The notes below the pieces were generated by a model. That model did no database searches, was not told the origin of the DNA, and saw only the letters and a list, made by a program, of their open reading frames with translations. The translations under genes and the position numbers were made by a program. 64,000 bases of DNA. Origin: Bugula neritina (lineage: Eukaryota > Animalia > Bryozoa). Shown one piece after another: positions 13,251-23,723 of the stretch (positions are counted from its first letter, which is position 1; each line of letters begins with the position of its first letter). Where the stretch lies: positions 24,179,504 to 24,243,503 of the forward strand of contig OZ037765.1 in assembly GCA_964035545.1 (NCBI GenBank), written 5' to 3'.

Positions 13251-15375
13251 ATGCAACTTACATGTCCACTGCTATCTGGGGCTATTTTCATCTGGCTGGC
13301 TTGCATGTGCACAGGATTTCCCATCATCAATAACCCAAGGCTTTATAATTGTGACAAATCATCAGATAGAGAGCTTTACTATCTATGTCTGACATTGACA
13401 GAGAGTAAGTTTACTATGATACTATGTTTATGGTGGTTTCTGTTTAATAAAATAGTGGCAAACTGGTATAATTATGCGTTGTATATAGAACTGACAATTT
13501 ATATTTTCTTCTATTTTCAACTTTCGAACTATTTTGAATAAAACATAATGAGTAATTTAAATTTAATAGATATGCACATCTATGAAAATGTAATAGTAGC
13601 TTATCTTTTCATTTTTTAGAAATTGGCAACATTTTAATGCAGTTCCACTGTTCCAGGGTACATATTTCTAGGCTACTCAGCAAGCCTAACTGTACAAACT
13701 ATAGCTATATAAACATATTTTCACATTTTAAACCAAGAGCCAAGTATTCTTATTTTATGTCATAACATGCAATTTTAAAACTAATATGTTTCTAAATATT
13801 TAATGAAGTATTTTTAAAATTATTCATCAAAAACATGCATAACTTATATTTAAAGTTTTAATATAATCTTGTGCTTATATTAAGTCTACTAGAAAAGGAT
13901 CTTGTTCTGGCACTTATTTAGGTGTAGAAGTTGAGATTTTAATAGTTTAAGTTCTTTAATTTTCTTAACAAATTTTGGTTTGGGGCACAAGCTGAAGTTC
14001 TCATGAGAGCATAACTTCTTTTACTACATTTCTGATCTAAATCACAGGGTTTCCTTAATTTTTCCATTACTACACCTACCTGTGGAAGCTTGTATTTAGT
14101 AGGTCTAAAGCTATTTTAACATTCTTATTTGAGTCCGGAAGTGTTAACTACGTCATGTAAATAGTATAATTTAAATTCATTGCGCTTCTATAATTAAGAC
14201 TACAAAAAATCTATTTTGTTTTTTTAACATTCAATTTTTTTCTAACCATATATTCTGAGACATAACATACCAACCAGTTTCAGCTGTGAACTGTTTCCGC
14301 TGGGTTTATAGTCAATATATAATGTTTGCATTATGAAGTTTCAAATTTGCAATAACTGTAGCAAAAAAATATTGGTTGTTTCATTTTTAATCAAATGCGT
14401 ATGTTACCAAAATGGTAATTAAACTAAAAACAACAAGTACGGCACCTAATTTCTTTACAAAGTGTCTTTTTCATACTATTTCCTTAAGGCAATTAGCATA
14501 TACTATATTGTATTGTGTTTGAACAATTGTTGATGTTCTAAATCTATAAACATGTTTTTCTTCCTTTGAATCCCATTTCTATTACCTAGTTTAAGATTTC
14601 ATATATAATTGAAATTTCAGTGATGGATGCAGATAGAGAAAAGTATAATAATCCCTATCAAAGGCAGTGGGAGTCACTATATTTTTCTGGCAGCAACACT
14701 AATCAACTGAACTACCTTGCCAGGTACAAGATATATAGGTACAGTTACACATTACCATACTGCACCACACCATGCCGTACCATACTATATAATACTATAC
14801 TACACCATATGCTATATCATAACTTGTTGGCCGCACCCTGCTGTATCATATGTGCATTAAAACCACACATATAAACCGAATGCATATATATTAAGGCATC
14901 TACATTTTTGTTTCAATTAGAGAGCAATGTTGGCTGGCCTCATAAGTTAAAAATCAGGTTTCTATTTTTGTTTAATGAATTCTGTTTTAGTTGAATGACA
15001 TTATTTATTTAGTGTCAAGTTTTTTAGTTAATTTAAAAAAACATGCTAGCATATAGGAGGCTTATTCGTGATTGCTGACTGATGCTTAAACATAAAATGT
15101 CCTGAGGCTGTGGGTATCTCATTTTTAATTAAGGTAGATATCAATTATGAAACGATAAAATTTCCCCTGAGAGGCCAATAATCACAAAACAGCAACTCAC
15201 CTTTTCACAATCAGGTCAGACTAAAGTGACAATTTGTTTAGAAAACCTGCCATACTCATTGTCAATTACGGTTGACTCATTTTTTTACAGAGCCTTGAAC
15301 TATCCAGATGCACAGAAACAGCCTACCTTCACTAATAAAAGAGTTGAAACTGGACATTTCAATAGATTTGGCTGA
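13251..15375 (+). CDS. Neuropeptide precursor A (113 aa): signal peptide, Cys pair, C-terminal KR-VETGHFNRF-G-stop, predicting VETGHFNRFamide
   Basis: Exons 13251-13404, 14621-14723 and 15291-15375 (342 nt, phases 1 and 2 consistent). Hydrophobic N-terminus MQLTCPLLSGAIFIWLACMCTG, C-x11-C, dibasic KR site, amidation Gly directly before TGA. A possible 15-nt in-frame micro-exon lies at 13643-13657. Confidence 0.8.
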
Positions 15376-16339
15376 ATGTTGTTCTAAAAACTATATCTAA
15401 GTTTTACTCGTTTAATTTAGTCAAGTTTACCTGTGATTTCACATGACTGTAGATGTAATATATGTTATAAGTCTTGTTTTAAATGTTTTTAATTCATATT
15501 ACTATAGTTTGAGCTATATTATGATGCACGGTTCCTGCTAATAATCTTAAACCATTATAAAGTGCATTGCTTTTATCATAGTATCTTGTTATAAACTTTA
15601 TATAAAACAATAATAATAATAGTAACAATAACATATAGGCTAGTATTCAAATGCTCATTTGTTGTGCATGTCATGTTGTTTATCTAAGTTATAATTTTAT
15701 ATAATATTATAATTGCTAAGGTTATAGCTATTCTATTGGCAGTTCAAAAACTGCAAGGGCTTAAAATTTGCTAGTAAATTTTAAACCCTTGATCTTTCCA
15801 ACATTTTTTGATTATTATAAATATTTTGTGTCACTAAACAGGTTTTGTTATATACCTAATATCATAATAATTACTATATTATATTATAGTATGAGCAGAA
15901 ACTTATACAGAAATAGATATACTTATTTAGCATAAAATTTTTTATTATTTCATCATTGCTATGTTCAGCCTATGCTGACGGAAGCAACTGTCTATGCTGT
16001 CCTATGAAACACTCAGCATGTAATGATGCCTTATTTATTGGCAGCATACAAAGAAAACTGTTTAATGCAGCTTATTACAGGTTGATGCAATTACATTGAA
16101 TCCTGTTGACTTTTCCTCTACAAAAGTGACTGCATTCAAACAACCCGATAACAATTCAATTAACATATGTAACCCACATTTCTCATTTAGCAGAAAATCT
16201 ATAAACTAACCATTATGTAAGCACCTTTATAACTAAAAGTAATGAAAAATATAGACAGCATAAAAATTGAGAAATAATTTACGAGCTTGATGATGGTGTT
16301 TCCTCTACCCTTTCTGTCCCAAGAGGAAAGACATTTGTT

Positions 16340-16456
16340 GGTATAAAGTGTACATTCTCACCACTGTGCATATCATTAATAAGTTCTCTACGAATAAAGC
16401 TAGACTAAGCCAATATTTTTATTTGGAGAGTAATTAACAAGCTTAGTAATTTGAAG
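16340..16456 (+). promoter_or_regulatory. Candidate TATA box, Inr and non-coding first exon of RFamide precursor gene B
   Basis: GGTATAAAG 16340-16348, TCATTAA 16373-16379, consensus donor AG|GTAAGT at 16456/16457, acceptor TTTCAG ending 16785, 14 nt before the ATG. Confidence 0.6.
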
Positions 16457-16799
16457 GTAAGTATGATATAGAATTTGTGACTTTGCTGCTAAATCCAATT
16501 TCAATCTAGGATATACTAAATTTAATTCTGTTCTGTAGTATGTAACACTATTACAAATTATTATAATATAGTGTACTTAGTGCTTGCTTTAGCATTATAT
16601 AAAATTGAATGTTTGCGTATCAAGTAAATCAGATAATATTTACCGGGAAAATTTTTAGCTCATACTAAGTGCATTTAATAGGTTTTGGAAATTAATAATG
16701 TTAGCAGCTATACAGCGGACTGAATTTAATTTATCAAATCTTATAAAGAAGAAATAGTGAATCACAACACATGACTATGTTTCAGAACAGCTAGGAACC

Positions 16800-17999
16800 A
16801 TGTACAAGAAGGTTATCTTGATAGTAGCAACTTTTGCAACTATTGGAAGCATTTTAGCAGCCCCTGTGATTGAAGACAGCTCAAGTACCATATATGAAAG
16901 AGTTGAACGTGCTAGGCACCTGTGTTTGAATGCTGAAACAGATTTTTTCGATGCCATTTTGTGTGAAATATTGTTTCAACATGAAAATGTGACACCATAT
17001 TTACCAGGTAAGTTTGAATAGTACTAATTTAGTCATGACCCAATCAGTAATATAAAAATTATAATTTAAAGTTGTATTTCAACCTAGTAAATTTTATAGC
17101 TAAAAAACTTGAGAACTTCTAAATTTAGTTATCCTAAATGTATGTTCATTAGAAATTCGTATTGGGTTTGACATTACTGTAAGATGCCATTTAAAGCGTT
17201 GTGCAGAGTGCTAACTTGAATTGATACCTAAAAATATGCATTCAGATATTTTTGTCTTTCTAGATTGTCACATATTTCCCATCTTTAAATGCAGTAACCG
17301 ACAAATTTCAATAGCTTAAAGGTTTTTTTTAGTTTTAGCTCCAGCCTAAAATCTTGCAAACAAACAACTTCTTTCAAGATATTTATTCCCACCAGAAAAC
17401 AGGATTTTTTAGATTTCTTCATTACTGCCTCTACCCCGTTCTCTACACTGTTCAAAATACAATGCTGAGTGCAATCTTTAGGTCTCAGCTTTTAAAATAA
17501 ATCAAAAAAGTCTTATGTAGGAGAAAATACTTAATAAATGAAGCATCAAAACCTTTCAATGACAAAGGTTTTCTGTATATGGGTATAATAAGTATGAACA
17601 AAACTAAATCTGACTAAATTATAGTGAGATCAGTAAAGCTTACCATGCCGTGCATTATTATCAACTATATTCTATACGTGCTAAAATTACTACTATTGAA
17701 TTTAATAGCACAATAAGATACTGTACTTTATTATGGTAATTTAATGAATGCCTTTTTTAAGTTGAGAATAAAACTGCTGTGAGTAACAAGCTTTACTCAC
17801 CTGTTTGTAATGTAACTTGCTGTGGTTAAATCTAAAATGAGTTTTTATCTTTTTTGGGGTTTTAGAATCTGCAAAAAGAACTGGCCCTAAAAATCCCAGA
17901 CCAAAACTCTCTCCTTATGGAAATTTGCTTTCCAACGTGAGATTTGGCAGGAAAAGAAGAAATAGTTTAGCTGCTGCTGCGCATCCCAAGTCCAACTAA
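16800..17999 (+). CDS. Neuropeptide precursor B (113 aa): signal peptide, Cys pair, KR-TGPKNPRPKLSPYGNLLSNVRF-G-RKRR, predicting a 22-residue RFamide
   Basis: Exons 16800-17007 and 17866-17999 (342 nt, phase-1 intron with GTAAGT donor). Signal peptide MYKKVILIVATFATIGSILA|APV, C-x12-C, KR cleavage, RF-G followed by polybasic RKRR. Confidence 0.85.
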
Positions 18000-19938
18000 T
18001 TGACTTAAATTTGTTGTCTTATATAATATTATAGAGCTATTAAATTGAGGTGCAAAAACAAATATGTAGTGTGTATATGGCTTAAGCTGAACTGAACGGT
18101 TACTAGCATTAATACATAGCAGTTTGTTATAGTTTATAGCTAGCAGGTAATAATATTTGAATAAATCCAATTACAACAATATGGTGTCTAGTTATTATAT
18201 TTTATTAGAAGAAATATTATCATAAAATAACTTTGTGTCACATTTTTTGAGATAGCAGAGAAGACATACTATACACATACACAGCTACAATAGACTTCAA
18301 ATTATGCAATTGAAACTCCTACGGATGGTCTAATTCGATGCAACTGTTTCCCAACATCAAATGAAAAATTCAGTCGCATAATGCAAGCTTGGAAATATAT
18401 AGTGATATCTAGACTATAGCAGCTTAATCCATGTGTGGTTTGCTTACGTGCTTAAAAATAATAATTCTCAACTTGAAGCATAATATAAATTAGTTGCCTT
18501 ATTTCGCATTTACTAAAAGAATGTATCTTGTTTTATTCATTTTTGCATTGCTAATATATTATACAACTAACTGGTACGCATACAGACAAATCTTCCCATA
18601 ATTACTCAATAAACAAATATATGTTACAAACAACATTGCAAATATGTTATATTGACATGCTTTTCTTCCTACCAACCTTGGCTTGAGCAAATATAAATAT
18701 ACAATTTAACATAGTTAATGCCAATATTATAATGCATGTTTACTTTCGTGAATCTATCAAAAAAATTATAGCAGCCAGCATTTTTAATGAAGAGTTGTTC
18801 TCCTTGTATAATATTTTATTTTTCTACATACGGTACTTTAATATTTTTATAGAATAATACAAGACGTATAAGCTTCAAATAAGTTGTTATTTGCTACCCA
18901 CTCACCATTAAAATGTGCAAATGTAATGTTTATTAATAATAAAGATTTTCTAGTTCAAAGTCGTTAGTGCATTTTATTCCCAGTGTTCGCTAAATTGTTC
19001 GTAATTATCGAATAGATAGATTTAAACATCACAAAAGTTAGAGATTTTACATTCAAAAAGTCATTTAGTCTAAGACAATTCAATTTTATTCCGTTTTTAC
19101 CTTTAAATAGCTAGAAAAATATTTTCATATAAATACATGATAGATTAAATATGGGTAAACAATAATTGATGCACCTATCCAAGTAAATATTTTAAAAATG
19201 TAAATAGCCTTGTAACAACTTTTTTTGTCGACACATAGCAAAGACTTTGACAAATTATTTTAGATTTTCTTTGTGAATTATTGAATTCTTAAGCAACTGC
19301 ATAGCTACTTCATCTATTAATAAAAAAGCAAAGGGGCAAAAAATTAAAACATTCCAAAACAATTCGTTAGCACATAGGTCAAATATTACGTTAACCTGAC
19401 ATGCAGAAAATACATTAAAAATTCAGTAAAGTCATGCCCCCCAGTCTAAAACATGTAACTGTGATGAGAAAATTCTACATATAATATAATATGATTGATA
19501 ATATAAAAAAACACTAGTGTTACACTTTTATTGATCACATCTATGCAGAAAATAACAACCAACTTAAAAGCAAATTTGTTTTGAAAAAAAAAATTGATCC
19601 ATGTGTTCAGTTTGAACTATTATTTGAAATATTAAATGCAATTTTAAATGCAAATAAGTAAATATAAAGGTATTCAAAAACTTATAAAAACAGATAGTCG
19701 AATATCCATTTAGCAAATGTGCATAAAGACAAAAGCCACTGAATGAAGTTATGCTAACAAGTATTCTTCAAATATTATTTTACACAGCTATAATTAGTTT
19801 CACAATTGCAACTAAATTATAAATAATATAATTATATAGTCCTAAAACATGAGCAAGTTTTACTTGAACTTAATTTATCTTCAGCCAATAAATTTGTTTT
19901 TTAATATCTTATTGCATTTTAATGCTTTGGAAAGTCAC

Positions 19939-20580
19939 TTAACGTATATCTTGTAACAGACTTTTTGGGTCACAGTTAGCCTGACTGAGACATTTCTCTA
20001 CTTTAATCAAGGTGAGTTTACAATTATGAAACACTAGTGTTTCCTCCGGGGGATCATCAGCTCTAATGCAATAACTTTGTCGATGGTAATACCAGCAGCA
20101 ATTGTTACTCCTACATTATCAAAAGGGAATTATTATTATTATTTGTTTGCAACAAGCCTGCAGCTTAATTAAATATTATTGTTAGCTGCTTGCAGGGTGC
20201 CAATGATGTAGCTTGGATAAAAACTGTTCTTAAATTCAACATTTGAATTGATTTTTTGAAAGATATAGTCCTAATATAAAACAAAAATTTTAACAAATTG
20301 CACCTGCTAGTTTAAATATCAGAGCTCTCTTTAGACTATAACAAAATATTACATATCATATGTTTTATTTCGTAGGGTAGTATTTAATAACAATGCATAA
20401 GAATATTTGTTTCAATAAGTAATTACCAACACATTTGCAAACTCACCTCACGCACTGAAACCCTGAAACTAGCATATATAAAATTTGAGCACCTTTATAT
20501 GTATTGTTGTTGTGTTATATAGATAAGCACTGCAATAAATTACTACCAATACAACTTTCTTACTGTCACTACACTTTATT
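19939..20580 (-). CDS. Possible small cysteine-rich peptide gene, 3' exons only (5' end unresolved)
   Basis: Minus-strand exons 20580-20564 (donor GTAAGA; may extend 5'), 20462-20447 (TTTCAG acceptor, GTGAGT donor) and 20110-19939 join in phase to IKCSDRFQCVRSNNCCWYYHRQSYCIRADDPPEETLVFHNCKLTLIKVEKCLSQANCDPKSLLQDIR*. A minus-strand TATAAAA lies at 21918-21912. Confidence 0.4.
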
Positions 20581-21300
20581 CTATCAAATCTCAAAGCTAA
20601 CTGAATGCTTGATAAACTAACAGTATGTCAACACAGTTACATAGCACTTTCAAAACCACAACATAATTACTTTGACAGCATAATTGTATCGCTATAACAT
20701 TCCGTAATATAAGGCTACTAGAAGGTATGAGTCATGGGATAATACAAACATAGCTTTAGTAAACAGATACAAACATTTCATGTATATTATCAGTAAACTA
20801 TGTGACAAGTGAGATTGCAGATTTTGGGGTCTTTCAATGACTTTAAGGACAAGTTTTAGAGTAAAGCAACGAACAAAAACCATAAAGTTTGTATTGTTAC
20901 CTTCTTCATATTTCACATAATATTAGCCAATAACTTTCATTGTATAATTGTAATCTAAAATAAGTGCAATAAATCTTTAAAGTGGAACAAATGAATGACA
21001 AAATAAACTTCCATATGTTATCTGTACAAATAGTATGCATCAATAATTATTGTCTCAACTAGTTATGATAACGTAATTTATTTAGATTTTATTAGAAAGA
21101 CATTAATATATACAATGCAATAAGCTTATAACTAGATATTAAATAATCAAACCGAGACTGCAGTTTTTTATTGTTTGTTCTGCTAACACCTCTGTGTTTT
21201 ACATTAACTTATCTAAACAATTTTTCCACTAAGTTTATTGACTCTTATAAATAAAGATAAGCCAAATTTATGATTAGAGTTAAAAGTGGTGACTAACTAT

Positions 21301-21582
21301 CCCCTCATTTACACTTTGCCGTATCGTAAGCCATAACGTAAAATATCAGCCATTTTGTCTGAGCTTCCTGTACGGCCTTGCGGTACGTTAAGATCAAGCA
21401 CTGCTTGATTCAAACAAGTTGGACAGAAAAACTTTTGCTTCAACTCATTGGATATAATTGTCCAATGAAGTGTCATATATACCGTACCTAATAGCGGACT
21501 TTGAAAACTTTAGCCTGGACACATTAAAAATGGCTGATATTTTACGTTGCAGCGTACGATACGGCAAAGTGTGAATGAGGGG
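21301..21582. mobile_element. MITE (282 bp) with about 56-bp terminal inverted repeats
   Basis: Left CCCCTCATTTACACTTTGCCGTATCGTAAGCCATAACGTAAAATATCAGCCATTTT vs reverse complement of right end CCCCTCATTCACACTTTGCCGTATCGTACGCTGCAACGTAAAATATCAGCCATTTT. No coding capacity; TSD not clear. Confidence 0.88.
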
Positions 21583-22369
21583 AAAAGCTGTGGCCCTTTT
21601 TTGTAAATGCATTGTGTCTATGTATTATAATGATTATAATATGTATGATATAGCTTGTGCCGATCCTCAAATTGCTATGCAGCATATAATAGTTCTTCGC
21701 ACTCTGTAGGATTTTGTACATTCAACTCCAAGCATAACGTATATATCATTTTATTGCATGATATTATAGTGAAATGCATATGGCAAAAGAACACTTGAAA
21801 TTGAATTGATTGGTTGAATTTGGCCAAATTTTGATTTATACAATTAGCATAAGCAGACATAATTGAGAAGTTCCTACTGCTGATGCAATTGTTGGACCAA
21901 AATTATCTCACTTTTATAGGCGTTTCAACTCTCCACAATTATATATCTCAGCTTATTTTTTCATAAGAATTGCTTGCAAAGGCAATCCATTTCAACTTGT
22001 GACGAGTTGTCCTGTTTAGTTAAGGTAGGATAACTCTCATAGTACGTGGTGTAATCAAAGCGTATAAATTTACCGTGTGCATGAAGACTTGTGCGGAAAA
22101 ATTCCGGTCGGGCTACACCCACTCAAAGGGCATAATATATAATTATGTCACTCTGCACCCACTAATGACCGAATGTACGAGGTAATGAAAGCCCTATATT
22201 CATCACAAAGTTTGAGTCACTGAGTGCAAACTTTGTGTACACATATATTACAACCCCCTCCGAACCACTGCAGCCACCCCAAACTCTGTGCTACATTAAG
22301 TCAATTTCATATTGATACGATGCGTGCAAACCTGCAAGTGTAAGTCACTTGGCTGCAGCAGTAGAACTA

Positions 22370-23100
22370 GATGTAATACTAATACTTAATAGCTAAGTTA
22401 CTGTTAGGCATAATGATAATGATAATCACATCACTGTCCTAAAGTTACCAAAAGCCGTAAAGGCAAAGTCGAATAATTAGTCGCAAAGTTGAAGTTTAAT
22501 TTAAATTTGAAATTGACTATTGACTTTGAGGTAGGGTCAAACCGAAATCCGAGTATCACGAACTCTAAGTGTAAGTATCAATATGACTATGAGTATCAGT
22601 ATAACCGACTATAACTATAACATTAGCAAAAACTATAAGTTAAAGTATAACGTTAGTCATTAACCTATTGGCTATTGCCTATTACTACTCCTATGCCTTA
22701 GGCTTATGCATAGCCATGGCCATAGTGATAGTCACAGTCATAGTGATACTGATAGTGAAAAACATTCAAATACTGAAATAGTATCACACATACTCAAGTA
22801 GTAATAGCAATACTTATACTTAGTCTTGTGTCGTATCACTATCAGTATGAGTTTGAGTATACTTACACTTGTAGTTATACTATAACTTTAACTACAACTA
22901 TAAATATAAGTTAGAGCTTATGGCTATAGCCATAGGCATAGCCCTATAACTATAAGTATACTCATCACTATGACTCTATGAGACACTAATACTATTAGTA
23001 TTATTGTATAATTTAATGTGTATTAATATAAATATACTTATAAATTATAGGCTATATCATTATGATCATCATAGTATTGATACTCATTTTCAATAAGATT
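22370..23100. repeat. Degenerate hexamer-periodic tract 5' of the ACOX1 coding start
   Basis: For example atgactatgagtatcagtataaccgactataactataac and agtgatagtcacagtcatagtgatactgatagtg. It follows a CpG-containing patch (about 22040-22180) and a GTAAGT donor at 22571. Confidence 0.7.
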
Positions 23101-23723
23101 ATTACTTCAAGTTTATAATTTATAAATTTATATTTTATAATTTAATCAAATAAATTAATAAATGCTTTTTTTCTTTGAATTAGGTAGTGTTTATACTTAT
23201 AGTCGAAGCATTTACTTAACTGAAGTTGTAAAGAAACAAGTTATAAATTAGCAAAAATAAATGATGCATAGTCTTTTTAGTAGAGTTGTTTGATTTTATG
23301 GCTTGTAAAGTCAATTATCTATCACTAAGTTTTTATAGCTTTATCAATGTTGAAATAAAATTATAACTTGACTTTTTTCAAGGGCTCCCTATGTTTATTT
23401 GACTCAAGTCACTCCCGGAATTGGACTTGGCCTGGATTTTTGTTTTGCACCATGACTACTTGATTAGACATTGACTTGAATTGATTTGTTGTGACTTGGG
23501 CCTAGCTCTGATGATGTTACTGGCATTTGTAACACATCTGATATCTCATCTACCAATTTAATTTCTTTTTATTCAACTTTAGATTTAACTTACAATAAAT
23601 GGATACAGAATATAACTTCAAATAATGCATACTTTTTTTGCATTCTATGTAAACTTTAACGCAGCATAATGCTATGGGCAGATTTATATAATGTTTATTT
23701 TTTACAGCACATGTTTAAATAGG

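Noticed and set aside
16164-16169. CATATG E-box (Dimmed/Mist1 type) near the neuropeptide genes
   Set aside because: This hexamer is common throughout the AT-rich window; no visible enrichment.
21675-21860. Minus-strand ORF containing LCLELNVQNPTECEELL, superficially like the Cys pair of precursor B
   Set aside because: No signal peptide, cleavage site or amidation signal, and it stops right after the motif; likely chance.
23366-23540. GACTTG-rich stretch resembling a hAT transposon end
   Set aside because: Only one putative end; no partner TIR or TSD found.
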